NCBI GenBank assembly: GCA_029565065.1
Contig: JAKQOW010000131.1
Coordinates: 6,901 to 70,900, forward strand
Origin: Acidobacteriota bacterium
GTDB taxonomy: Bacteria; Acidobacteriota; JAAYUB01
Direction: 5' to 3'
DNA: 64,000 bases
The notes under the pieces are model-generated. The model worked only from the letters and a program-made list of their open reading frames with translations. It did no database searches and was not told the DNA's origin. Position 1 is the first letter of the stretch. Every line of letters begins with the position of its first letter. The translations under genes were made by a program, and so were the position numbers. Of the stretch, positions 19,310 to 28,386 are shown in pieces.

Positions 19310-20614
19310 ATGACCATCGTCCGATTTCTGATTCCTCTGGCCATCTGCATCGGTCTGGACATCTACGCTTACCAGGCCGTTCGGGTGATCGCCAACCGCT
19401 GGCGGACACTTGGCTGGGCCCGCCGCGCCTACTGGTGGGTGCACGCGTTGTTCTACCTCTCCCTGGTTGTCACGCCGCTGGCGGCCATGGCGGGCCACCG
19501 CCTGCCGCCGCGCGGGTATTTCTACCTGATCACCGTGTTCGTCTTGCTGTACGTGCCCAAGCTGGCGGCCGCGGCGGTGCTCCTGCTCGAGGACGCCAGC
19601 CGGATGGTCCGCTGGATCTGGCAGCGGCTGGCCCGTTGGCTGAGGCCCGCCCCGTCGCCGGTGACGGCGTCGCAACCGGCGGCCGGCATCAACCGGAAGG
19701 AGTTTCTCAGCCTGACCGCGGTGGCGCTGGCGGGCATCCCGCTCGCCGGCATCGTGCACGGCGTGGTGCGCGAGCGATATGCCTTCACCGTCCGCCGGGA
19801 GCGCGTCACGCTGCCCGGTCTGCCACCGGCTTTCGACGGTTTCCGGATCCTCCAGTTGTCGGATATCCACGTCGGCAGCTTCGACGACCTGGCGGCGGTG
19901 CGCGACGGCATCACGCTGGCCAACGCCCAGGGCGCCGACCTGATTGTCTTCACCGGCGACCTGGTGAACGACGTGGTGGATGAAGTGGGCGCGTACGGCG
20001 AGGTGTTCGCGGCTCTGCGCGCGCCGCTGGGCGTGCTCTCCGTGCTCGGGAACCACGACTACGGCGATTACCATGCGTGGCCCAGTGACCGGGAGCATGC
20101 GGCCCACTTCCAGCGCATGCTGGACTGCCATGAAGCGCTGGGCTGGCGGCTGCTCCGGAACGAGCACGCGGTGTTCGCACGAGGGGATGATCGCCTCGCC
20201 GTGATCGGCGTTGAAAATTGGAGCAACCGCCACGGTTTTCACAAGCGGGGTGACCTGGAGCGGGCGACCCGGGGCTTGCCGGTTGGGGCGGCCCGGATCC
20301 TCCTCACCCACGATCCCTCCCACTGGGACAGCGAGGTGCGGCCGAATTTCGGCGGCATCGGACTGACTTTGTCCGGCCATACTCACGGCTTCCAGTTCGG
20401 GGTGGAGGTGCCGGGCTTCCGCTGGAGCCCCGTCCAGTACGTCTACCGCCAGTGGGCCGGACTCTACCGGGAGGGCGGGCAGTACCTCTACGTGAACCGC
20501 GGCTTCGGCCACATCGCCTTCATGGGCCGGGTGGGGATCCGGCCGGAAATCACCGTGTTCGAGCTGGCGCGCGAGGCGCCCGACCACCGCGATCCCGGAC
20601 CGGATCTGGCTTGA
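19310..20614 (+). CDS. Membrane-anchored metallophosphoesterase (calcineurin-like)
   Basis: Three N-terminal TM helices are followed by the phosphoesterase motifs DIHVG, GDLVN, GNHD and GHTH. Confidence 0.85.
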   Translation: MTIVRFLIPLAICIGLDIYAYQAVRVIANRWRTLGWARRAYWWVHALFYLSLVVTPLAAMAGHRLPPRGYFYLITVFVLLYVPKLAAAAVLLLEDASRMVRWIWQRLARWLRPAPSPVTASQPAAGINRKEFLSLTAVALAGIPLAGIVHGVVRERYAFTVRRERVTLPGLPPAFDGFRILQLSDIHVGSFDDLAAVRDGITLANAQGADLIVFTGDLVNDVVDEVGAYGEVFAALRAPLGVLSVLGNHDYGDYHAWPSDREHAAHFQRMLDCHEALGWRLLRNEHAVFARGDDRLAVIGVENWSNRHGFHKRGDLERATRGLPVGAARILLTHDPSHWDSEVRPNFGGIGLTLSGHTHGFQFGVEVPGFRWSPVQYVYRQWAGLYREGGQYLYVNRGFGHIAFMGRVGIRPEITVFELAREAPDHRDPGPDLA

Positions 20615-20659
20615 CAGCCCCGCCGTCGCTCCTTAGAATCAGATCGGGTGTTTGAGCGA

Positions 20660-20830
20660 AACCGTTGACCGGTGCCCTCGGGCGAATCGGGAAAGTGGTG
20701 CGAATCCACTGCGGGCCCGCCGCTGTGACCGGGGACGAAGGCCGCACATCGCCACTGTCCGGACGGATTCCGGATGGGAAGGCGCGGCCGGAGGACGATC
20801 CGGAAGCCAGAAGACCGGCCGGTCGATGTT
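20660..20830 (+). promoter_or_regulatory. Cobalamin (AdoCbl) riboswitch
   Basis: The sequence carries the conserved core GGTGCC..GGGAAagtGGTGcgAATCCactGCgGgCCCGCcgCTGTgAcCGG, plus GCCACTG...GGGAAGGC and the B12 box AGCCAGAAGACCGGCC (20805-20820). It is followed by a GC palindrome and a T-run, a possible attenuator. It lies directly upstream of the btuF-like gene. Confidence 0.85.
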
Positions 20831-20972
20831 TTCACTGGACTCCTCGCGGAGACAGGATACAGTGATGCCCCGCTGGCTTTCCATCCTCGCTGGCCGGCCC
20901 GATGCTTTCGGGCCGGCGCTCATTGCCGGTCAAGTCAACCGCCGTTCGGCGGGACTGCCCCTGCCACGTTCC

Positions 20973-21839
20973 ATGCGCAGCCGGTGGGCGCTGATCGCCC
21001 TGGCAGTCGCCATCTGGGCGGTGCTGCCGGCGGCGGCGCCGGCACCCGGCGCCCGCCGGGTGGTGTGTATGGCGCCCGCGTTCACCGAGATCTGCTTCGC
21101 GCTGGGCCATGGCGACGCCGTGGCCGGCGTGACCGACTACTGCGACTTTCCCGACGCCGCTCGGCGCTTGCCCCGTGTGGGCGGCTTCCTGAATCCCAAC
21201 CTCGAGGCGATCATCCGGCTTGCGCCCGATCTCGTGCTGCTGGTACCCGAGGAGGCGGAGCTGGCGCAGCGGCTGGGCGCGCTGGGGATCCGCGCCGAAG
21301 TTCTCTCCCTCTACACGCTGGCGGATATCGAGGACGCCATGCGCGTGATCGCCCGGCGGCTGGGCGACCCGGCGGCGGGCGCGGCGCTGGCGCGTTCGTG
21401 GCGTCGGGAGCTCCAGGCGGCGGCACGGGAGGGGCCGGCGGGCACGGCCCCGCGGGTGATGGTGGTCGTGGGGCGCAACCCATCCAGCCTGAACAACGTG
21501 TTCGTGGCCGGCCCGGAGACGTTTCTCGGCGAGTTGGTGCAGCTCGCGGGCGGCCGGAACGTCTACCAGGGGAAGATCCGCTATCCCAGCCTGTCCCTGG
21601 AGGGAATCGCCCACGCCGACCCCGAGGTGATCGTCGAGCTGTACCCGGGGATGAAGCTGGACGCCGCGCAGATGGCGGCGCTGGCGCGCGACTGGGACCG
21701 GCTGCCCGCACTGGCGGCCGTGCGGAGCCGGCGCGTGCATGTCCTGGCTGACGCGTATCTGGCCATCCCCGGCCCGCGGGCGGTGGCCATCGCCCGCGCC
21801 CTCCGCGAGTGCATGGCTGGGAAGGGGGATCCGCGATGA
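20973..21839 (+). CDS. btuF: Periplasmic cobalamin/siderophore-type ABC substrate-binding protein (BtuF-like)
   Basis: It has a signal peptide (MRSRWALIALAVAIWAVLPAAAP) and the class III PBP fold pattern. It is under the B12 riboswitch and is first of a btuF-D-C-like operon. An alternative start lies at 20865. Confidence 0.75.
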   Translation: MRSRWALIALAVAIWAVLPAAAPAPGARRVVCMAPAFTEICFALGHGDAVAGVTDYCDFPDAARRLPRVGGFLNPNLEAIIRLAPDLVLLVPEEAELAQRLGALGIRAEVLSLYTLADIEDAMRVIARRLGDPAAGAALARSWRRELQAAAREGPAGTAPRVMVVVGRNPSSLNNVFVAGPETFLGELVQLAGGRNVYQGKIRYPSLSLEGIAHADPEVIVELYPGMKLDAAQMAALARDWDRLPALAAVRSRRVHVLADAYLAIPGPRAVAIARALRECMAGKGDPR

Positions 21840-22633
21840 CCGGCGCGCTCCTCGATGTGATGGGCCTGGGTTACGCCCCCGAAGGGAAGCGGGTACTGGC
21901 CGACGTGTCGTTCGACGTGGGCGAGGGTGAGTTCGTCTCCGTGCTGGGGCCTAACGGGGCCGGCAAGTCGACGCTGCTCAAACACCTGAACCGCCTGCTG
22001 CCGGTCCGGGAAGGAGCGGTGCGCCTGCAGGGCCGGTCGGTGGCCGACTACGCGTTTCGCACTCTGGCCCGCCTCCAGTCGTACGTGCCGCAGGCCAAGG
22101 GCTACATCCCGCCGTACCGCGTGGCCGAGTTCCTGCTGATGAACCGGTTCCCCTACCTGCAGGCGCTGGGAGCGCCCGGACCGCGGGACCGGGCCGTCGT
22201 CGAGGACGCGCTGGCGCAGGTGGCCATGACCGAATTCCGCGACCGTTTCCTGGACACCCTGAGCGGCGGCGAGCGCCAGAAGGTGTTCATCGCCGCCGCC
22301 GTGGTCCAGGAGACGGACGTCATCCTGCTGGACGAGCCCACCACCTTCCTCGATCCGCTGCACGCGCAGGAGATTTATCAGCTCCTCGGACGGCTGCATG
22401 CGCCGGGCGGGAAAACGATTGTCATGGTCACCCACGACGTGAATGCCGCCCTGGCGCTTTCGAGCCGACTGCTCTGCCTCAAGGCAGGCCGGGCGGTGTT
22501 TTTCGGTCCGCCGGCGGATTTTCTGGCCGGCCGGATTCTCGACAGACTGTATGACACACCGTTCCGGCGCTACGAGTGCCCCGACGATCCGGCCGGGCCG
22601 CCCGCCTACCTGCCCGGGAGGTCCGCGCCATGA
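21836..22633 (+). CDS. btuD: ABC transporter ATP-binding protein (FecE/BtuD-like)
   Basis: Walker A GPNGAGKST, the ABC signature LSGGERQ, Walker B ILLDEPT and the H-loop are present. Its ATG overlaps the btuF stop (ATGA). Confidence 0.9.
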   Translation: MTGALLDVMGLGYAPEGKRVLADVSFDVGEGEFVSVLGPNGAGKSTLLKHLNRLLPVREGAVRLQGRSVADYAFRTLARLQSYVPQAKGYIPPYRVAEFLLMNRFPYLQALGAPGPRDRAVVEDALAQVAMTEFRDRFLDTLSGGERQKVFIAAAVVQETDVILLDEPTTFLDPLHAQEIYQLLGRLHAPGGKTIVMVTHDVNAALALSSRLLCLKAGRAVFFGPPADFLAGRILDRLYDTPFRRYECPDDPAGPPAYLPGRSAP

Positions 22634-23640
22634 AGCGCGCATCCCGCCGGCCGCTCTGGATCGCCGGACTCCTGGCAACGGCCCTGGTCGTGACGCTGAT
22701 CCTCGCGCTCGCGGGGACGCCGGCCATCTCGCCGGCCCGGCTGCTGGATCCCGCCTTCGCCGGGAGCGCGGACGGGCGGATCTTCTGGCAGCTTCGTCTG
22801 CCCCGCGTCCTGCTGGGCTTTCTGGCGGGTGCGGCGCTGGCCATCGGCGGAATGGTTTTTCAGGCGGTGTTCCGAAACCCGCTGGCTACGCCGTTCACGC
22901 TGGGCGTTTCCACCGGCGCCTCGTTCGGGGCCGCCGTGGCGGTGAAGCTGGGACTGGTGGCCGGGCTGCTCGGATTCTCGTCGGTCAGTCTGTTCGCGTT
23001 TCTCGGCGCCGCGCTGACCGTGGGCATCATCTATCTGCTTGCCACCGTGAAGCAGGAGTTCTCCACCGAGGTGATGCTGCTCGCGGGCGTGGCGCTGAGC
23101 TTCCTGTTCTCCTCAGCCATCCTGCTCGTCCAGTACCTGAGCGATTTCACCGGCTCCTACCAGATGGTGCGCTGGCTCATGGGCGACCTGAACGCGGTGG
23201 GGTTCCAGCGGCCGCTGCAGCTGGCGGCGGTGCTGCTGCCCGGCGCCCTGGTGGTGCGCTGGCTCTGCCTGGACCTGAACCTGATCCTGGTGGGGGATGA
23301 CTTCGCGCGCAGCCGCGGGGTGGACGTGCGGCGGGTCCGATTGGTGCTGTTCGGCGTGGTCTCGCTGCTCACGGGGGTGGTGGTCTCGTTCTGCGGGCCC
23401 ATCGGATTCATCGGGATGATGGTGCCCCACATCCTCCGGCTGCTGATCGGGGCGGAGCACCGGTGGCTCTTCTGGGGGAGCCTGCTCGGCGGCGGGATTT
23501 TTCTGGCGTGCTGCGACTGGGTGGCCCGCGGGCTCATCTTCCCGGCGGAGGTGCCGGTGGGGATCATCACGGCCCTGCTCGGGGGCCCCTTCTTCCTCTG
23601 GCTCCTCATCCGCGGCCGCTCCAGCCGGTACTTTATGTGA
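22630..23640 (+). CDS. btuC: ABC transporter permease, FecCD/BtuC family
   Basis: It has about 9-10 TM helices. The FecCD signature region is ...NPLATPFTLGVSTGASFGAA... Its ATG overlaps the ATPase stop. Confidence 0.9.
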   Translation: MKRASRRPLWIAGLLATALVVTLILALAGTPAISPARLLDPAFAGSADGRIFWQLRLPRVLLGFLAGAALAIGGMVFQAVFRNPLATPFTLGVSTGASFGAAVAVKLGLVAGLLGFSSVSLFAFLGAALTVGIIYLLATVKQEFSTEVMLLAGVALSFLFSSAILLVQYLSDFTGSYQMVRWLMGDLNAVGFQRPLQLAAVLLPGALVVRWLCLDLNLILVGDDFARSRGVDVRRVRLVLFGVVSLLTGVVVSFCGPIGFIGMMVPHILRLLIGAEHRWLFWGSLLGGGIFLACCDWVARGLIFPAEVPVGIITALLGGPFFLWLLIRGRSSRYFM

Positions 23641-23705
23641 CCGGCCGTCAAGCCGCGGCCGCGTCCGCCGGACGGGGCTGGGGAATACGGCCCTGTCTGG
23701 CGATT

Positions 23706-23728
23706 GGCCGCGCCCGCCGGGCGCGGCC
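23706..23728. terminator. Perfect GC-rich palindrome (GGCCGCGCC-cgcc-GGCGCGGCC) between the convergent btuC and Fe-S genes; a possible bidirectional terminator hairpin without a clear U-tract
   Basis: A 9-bp stem with a 4-nt loop abuts the TAG stop of the minus-strand gene. Confidence 0.3.
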
Positions 23729-25068
23729 TACTGCGCGGGGAGGACCAGGGCTTCGGCGACAAGTTCGCAGACGGTCTTGATGGCGACGCCCAGTTTGTAC
23801 TCCTTGTTCAACTCGGAGAGTTGGTCCATGCAGTTGTGGCACGGCGTGGCCACAACCTTTGCGGCGGTGGCGCCGATCTGGTCCGCCTTGATCCGGCCGG
23901 CTTGCAGACGACGCTGGGCGTAACGGGTCATGGCCAGCTGGCCGCCCCCGCCGCCGCAGCAAAAATTCTTCTCCCGGTTGGGTGTCATCTCGACAAACTG
24001 CTGAACGGCGTGTCGGAGAACGAAACGCTGCGCCTCCACCACGCCGCCGAGGCGCACCAGGTTGCACGGATCGTGGAGCGTCACCGGCTCAGTGTGCTTC
24101 GACGGATCCAGCGTGATCCGGCCGTCGCGGATGTACTCCGCCAGCAACTCCAGCACGCTCCGCACCCGGAAGGGGTAGCGCTTCGACAGCCATTCGGGCG
24201 CCGCCCAGCGGTTGGCGTTGAAGCCGTGGCCGCACTCACCCAGGATCAGCTCCTGGCAGCCGAGACGCTCCACGGTCCGCACCAGCCGGTCCGACAGCTC
24301 GCCGGCAACGGGCGCCTCGCCGCTGTACAATCCGTAATTGGTCACGTCGTAGTAGTCGGTGGCCAGCGTCCAGCTCTCGCCCGCGGCGTAGAACACCTTG
24401 CCGGCGGCCAGCAGCGACAGGGGGAAGAATTTCGGCTCGCGCGGGTTGACGGTGTAGAGCATCCGCGCGCCGTGGAGGTCGAGGGGCATCCGGGCGGTCG
24501 GGTCGCCGGTTTCGGCCTGCAGCTCCTCCTCCAGCCACTGCACCGTTTCCACCCAGTCGTTCTGGGCGATGCCCATGTTGTTGCCGGTGGTGTACGCGGT
24601 GGTGATGGTGGACTGCAGCTCGGGCGGAATGAGCCCGATGGCGGTGAGCGCGGCCCGGGCCGCGGTGATCAGCGCGGTGATGTTGAGCCCCACCGAGCAG
24701 TTCAGGTTGCAGCGGCCGCAGAGCGAGCAGCGGCCGAACAGCACGTCCACCCACTCACGGGTGAGCGTCTCGTCCAGCTCCCGGGCGCCCACCCAGCCGG
24801 GGACGGTCCGGCCCAGCCGGGTGAAGTAGCGCTTGAACACCGCCATCACCAGGTTGACCTTGTAGGCCGGCGGGTTCTCCGGCTCATCCGAGGTGAGCGC
24901 ATAGTGGCAGGTGTCGGCGCACAGCCCGCAGTGGACGCAGGCGTTCAGGTCGGCGGCGCCCTGGTGCCCCAGCGCGGCGCGAAAAGTCTCGACGGCTTTC
25001 CGGATGTCGGCGGGGGTGAGTCGCCCGAGACGCTCTTCCAGGATGTCTTTGGTGGGCTCGGCGGTCAT
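23728..25068 (-). CDS. Fe-S oxidoreductase with two [4Fe-4S] ferredoxin motifs and two CCG (Cys-rich) domains, HdrD/DsrK/GlcF-like
   Basis: Motifs CVHCGLCADTCHY and CSLCGRCNLNCSV are present, then CCG domains (...DPCNL..., ...FCCGGGGGQ...). The true start is ATG at 25068 (MTAEPTK...), overlapping the stop of the upstream membrane-protein gene. The stop is TAG. Confidence 0.8.
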   Translation of the reverse strand: MTAEPTKDILEERLGRLTPADIRKAVETFRAALGHQGAADLNACVHCGLCADTCHYALTSDEPENPPAYKVNLVMAVFKRYFTRLGRTVPGWVGARELDETLTREWVDVLFGRCSLCGRCNLNCSVGLNITALITAARAALTAIGLIPPELQSTITTAYTTGNNMGIAQNDWVETVQWLEEELQAETGDPTARMPLDLHGARMLYTVNPREPKFFPLSLLAAGKVFYAAGESWTLATDYYDVTNYGLYSGEAPVAGELSDRLVRTVERLGCQELILGECGHGFNANRWAAPEWLSKRYPFRVRSVLELLAEYIRDGRITLDPSKHTEPVTLHDPCNLVRLGGVVEAQRFVLRHAVQQFVEMTPNREKNFCCGGGGGQLAMTRYAQRRLQAGRIKADQIGATAAKVVATPCHNCMDQLSELNKEYKLGVAIKTVCELVAEALVLPAQ

Positions 25069-25706
25069 GGCTGCGACTCCCGCGGCCGCGGCGGCAGCAC
25101 GCCCCGCCGGCCGAAAAAGATGCCGAACAGGATCCGGCTGTAGAAAAAGAAGAAGCAATGGCGGATTTTTCCCAGCGGTATATATAGGAAGAGCAGGGCG
25201 GCCGTCGCCAGAAGGACGGTGTCCGCGCCCGGAATCCACAAGCTGGCGATGGCCGCAGCCAGCAGCAGGTCGACCAGCACGTTGGCGGCGAAATCGTCCG
25301 GGCAGCTGATGCTGCGGAGCACCGGCTTGACCGCGCGCTTGACCAGCAGGCCGATCCCGCCGGCGGCGCCCGCCGCGAAGACGGCGGTGAGCGGAATCCT
25401 CCATTCTGCGGGCAGGGCGACGCGGCTCATCACGGTGACGAGATAACCCAGGGCGGCGAACACCGCGCCGTGATACCCGATTCCGGTCAGGTAGGTGGGC
25501 AGGTGCCGGGCGGCGCTCTCTTTTCCCCACGGCATCATGCCGGGCCCGAATGCGTAGGCGATACCCTTCAGGGAAACGCCCGCCGCTGCCGAATGGATCT
25601 CATGGCGACCGAACCGGTACGCGCGGACGGTCTGGAAAACCAGCGCCGCCAGGCACCACGCGGCGGCGGCCAGCACGGCCAGACGGAGCGGATCGAGCCC
25701 GGCCAT
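25065..25706 (-). CDS. Integral membrane protein, possibly NarI/DsrM/HdrE-like heme-b subunit (tentative)
   Basis: The 213-aa product has about 5 TM helices with several His residues in TM regions. It is translationally coupled to the downstream CCG Fe-S gene. Confidence 0.55.
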   Translation of the reverse strand: MAGLDPLRLAVLAAAAWCLAALVFQTVRAYRFGRHEIHSAAAGVSLKGIAYAFGPGMMPWGKESAARHLPTYLTGIGYHGAVFAALGYLVTVMSRVALPAEWRIPLTAVFAAGAAGGIGLLVKRAVKPVLRSISCPDDFAANVLVDLLLAAAIASLWIPGADTVLLATAALLFLYIPLGKIRHCFFFFYSRILFGIFFGRRGVLPPRPRESQP

Positions 25707-25713
25707 CGGCGGT

Positions 25714-26040
25714 TCACACGCAGCCGTCGGGCTTCGGGAGCCCCGCCAACTTGCACGCGCCCTTGGCCGGACCAGACGGGAACATCTCGTAAATCTGGCG
25801 CAGCGGGAAGCCGGTGGTCTTGCAGATCGCCCGAACCATGGGCGCGAGCTGCTTTTCCAGGAAGTATGCCCGAATGAACTCGATCACCGCCCAGTGGGCC
25901 GGGGAGAGCTCCTGCAGGCCTTCTTCCTGACGAGCCAGCGCCGCGGCGATATCGCGGTCCCACTCCATGGGATTGACCATGAAGCCTTCCTCGTTGAGCT
26001 CGTGCTGTTTGCCGTTCACTTCAATTACGCCCATTCCCAA
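25714..26040 (-). CDS. DsrC/TusE-family sulfur carrier protein (two C-terminal Cys, DsrC-type)
   Basis: The C-terminus ...GACKLAGLPKPDGCV has the conserved penultimate Cys and a second Cys 11 residues upstream, as in DsrC. It carries the TusE/DsrC helix-turn-helix-like fold signature (...HWAVIEFIRAYFLEKQ...). Confidence 0.85.
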   Translation of the reverse strand: MGMGVIEVNGKQHELNEEGFMVNPMEWDRDIAAALARQEEGLQELSPAHWAVIEFIRAYFLEKQLAPMVRAICKTTGFPLRQIYEMFPSGPAKGACKLAGLPKPDGCV

Positions 26041-26124
26041 TCTCCTGTGTAGTTAATATGTAAAGATTTATCTTTATTGAAATTGAAATACTAAAACAGT
26101 CAACGTTCGGAAGCAAGCGGTTCT

Positions 26125-28152
26125 TTACGGGAGCAGGCGCCGGTCCTTCAGCATCAGGAGCAGGTGGGCGGCGGTCCAGCTGAAGTGGGATGCCCGCAGA
26201 CCGTGCCCGGTGACGGGATCGTAGTTTTCGCGAAGCGGCGCGGGGGAATCGGCGGCGCCCCGCAGGTTGGCCAGGAGCTGTTCGGCCAGCGCATCCGCTT
26301 CCTGTCGGAAGCCGCAGCGGCGCAGGCCGGCCAGACCGAAGAAGGCCTGATCCAGCCAGACGGGCCCCCGCCAGTAGCCGTCCAGGGCCGCGGCGGGATG
26401 GTCGGCGGACAGCGTGGGGAAGGGAAGATGGGTGCGGAACCGGGTCGGGTCCATCAGCGCGTCGCGAACCCGCTCGGCTTGGCGCCGGGTGGCGACGCCG
26501 GCCCACAGGGGGATCCAGGCCTCCGGGCCCGGCGCCCGGACGAACGCCCCGTCCGCGAGGCGGATGTCGGCGAACAGCCCGGCTGCCTCGTCGAACATCC
26601 GGCTGCGGATGAGCCGCCGGAGCCGTCCGGCTTCCCCCGCCAGCCGATCGGCATCGCCCCGCCGCCCGATGAGCCGGGCCAGCCGGGCCAGGCAGCGCTT
26701 CTCGGCGTACAGGTAGGCGTTCAGATCCGCCGACGCCTGGTCCAGCGTCCAGGCGCCGGGACCGTGGGCGACGAGCCGTGCGTCGTCGAAGCGGGCGGCG
26801 TTGTCCATGCCGCTCTCCCATTTGGCGGCGGTCAGGTCGTCGCAGGTGGAGCCGTACTCGCACAGTCCGTCGCGATCACGGTCCCGCTGCGCGTACCACC
26901 AACGGTGGTATCGCCAGAGCCGCGGATACACCTCGCGCACGAACTCCCGGTCGCCGGTGGCGGCGTACACCGCGGCCACGGCCCAGGCGGCGAGCGGCGG
27001 CTTGGTGTTGAGCCAGTTGTCCTGGGAACTGTCGGCGAACACGCAGTCGGCCACCATGCCCGCGTCGTTCTGCCGCTCCAGCATGGCCCGGACCTGCGAG
27101 CGGGCCAGCTCCGGTTCAAACTCGGCCAGCGCGGCGGCGTGCTTCCACGAGTCCCAGGCCCAGAATCCGTTGAAGTACCCCACCGCGCCGGAAGGGATGA
27201 CGCCGTCGTGGCGCAGTGCGCCCGCCGGGGCGCGCCAGTTGTTCACCAGCGTCATCACCGCCTTGACCGCCAGGCGGCGGCCGGAGTCGCGGCGCAGAAG
27301 CGGTGCATCGCCGCCGAGCGCCCGGTCCAGATAGCCCTGCCAGCGTTCCCGGTTGCGGGCGAACGCGGCGCCGGTGTCGGCCAGCGCCGCATCGGCCACG
27401 GCGAGTTCGGGATCTCCACCGGACGGCGACCGCACCAGAACCAGGGCGAGCGCGGTGGCGGCACTGCCGCCGGGCGCGATCACTGTGGGCGCCGGGAAGT
27501 CGGCACGGTAGCCGGTGGAACCGCCGCCGGTGACGCGCCACGCCGTCGCGTCCGGCGGCACCACGTGCAGCGCCCCGGCGCCGGCGCCCCAGACCGCGCG
27601 AATGCTCGCATCGCCTGTCTCCAGCCGGGCGGCCGCGTCGAGGAGTTCGCCTTCCCATCGCCAGAGGACGGCCAGCGGTGACGTCGACCGATTGGTCACT
27701 TCCGCCCGCACCAGGGCCGTCGCCGCCGACGCGAAGAACAGTTCCAGCCTAACCGTTGTGCGGTCCGTCTCCGTCGACAGCCGCAGCAGTCCCGGGTAGA
27801 CCGTGCGGATCATCACCGCCGGTTGCGGGGGCAGGAGCGGGGAGCCGGTGGCGGCGTCCACCGGCACGAACCGGGCGATCGAGCGGCTGAGCCACCGGCC
27901 CGGTTCCGTGAGATACGGACCGGCGAAACCGACGGCGGTTCCATCCGCCGGGATGGCGTAGCCGTGCCAGGCTCCGCAATCAAACAGGCAGCCGGGCGCC
28001 GGTTCATCGGCGCAGCACGGCGTCTGGCTCAGGTCGAGCACATCGGCGAAGTGGCTCCAGGTGGCGGTGGGGGCAGTCGCGGGACGTGGGGCCGCCGCGG
28101 CCATCGCTGCCAGGAGCAACCAGCCCATAACCATCGAACGGACACGAGCCAT
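26125..28152 (-). CDS. Secreted (alpha/alpha)6-barrel glycoside hydrolase, GH63 / GDE_C (amylo-alpha-1,6-glucosidase)-like
   Basis: It has a signal peptide and a catalytic-region motif WESGMDNAARFD (GMDNS-type). A Trp/Tyr-rich C-terminal barrel (YWRGPVWLDQAFF) is typical of GH63/GH37/GDE_C. Confidence 0.75.
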   Translation of the reverse strand: MARVRSMVMGWLLLAAMAAAAPRPATAPTATWSHFADVLDLSQTPCCADEPAPGCLFDCGAWHGYAIPADGTAVGFAGPYLTEPGRWLSRSIARFVPVDAATGSPLLPPQPAVMIRTVYPGLLRLSTETDRTTVRLELFFASAATALVRAEVTNRSTSPLAVLWRWEGELLDAAARLETGDASIRAVWGAGAGALHVVPPDATAWRVTGGGSTGYRADFPAPTVIAPGGSAATALALVLVRSPSGGDPELAVADAALADTGAAFARNRERWQGYLDRALGGDAPLLRRDSGRRLAVKAVMTLVNNWRAPAGALRHDGVIPSGAVGYFNGFWAWDSWKHAAALAEFEPELARSQVRAMLERQNDAGMVADCVFADSSQDNWLNTKPPLAAWAVAAVYAATGDREFVREVYPRLWRYHRWWYAQRDRDRDGLCEYGSTCDDLTAAKWESGMDNAARFDDARLVAHGPGAWTLDQASADLNAYLYAEKRCLARLARLIGRRGDADRLAGEAGRLRRLIRSRMFDEAAGLFADIRLADGAFVRAPGPEAWIPLWAGVATRRQAERVRDALMDPTRFRTHLPFPTLSADHPAAALDGYWRGPVWLDQAFFGLAGLRRCGFRQEADALAEQLLANLRGAADSPAPLRENYDPVTGHGLRASHFSWTAAHLLLMLKDRRLLP

Positions 28153-28289
28153 CGGGGACTCCGAACGGATGTCAGATCGTCATGGCATGTCATCATCCGG
28201 TAATCCCGTCCAAAAATCAAGTCGCCGACGGCACGATACTAGTCACGGATGAGACGCTCCTGTTTTATGCTTCCATTAAAGTTTTATGA

Positions 28290-28318
28290 TTGTACCTTCC
28301 ATGTAATTTTGTTAAAAT
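28290..28318 (+). promoter_or_regulatory. Candidate sigma-70 promoter TTGTAC-N17-TAAAAT upstream of the hydrogenase operon
   Basis: A manual hexamer match in the AT-rich intergenic region, about 70 nt upstream of the ATG at 28387. Confidence 0.3.
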
Positions 28319-28386
28319 GCCGACTCTGTTTTACAGATGGTCGGTACCACGCGGCATTTAGGAATACTCGCTCGGAGCAGTAGTAT

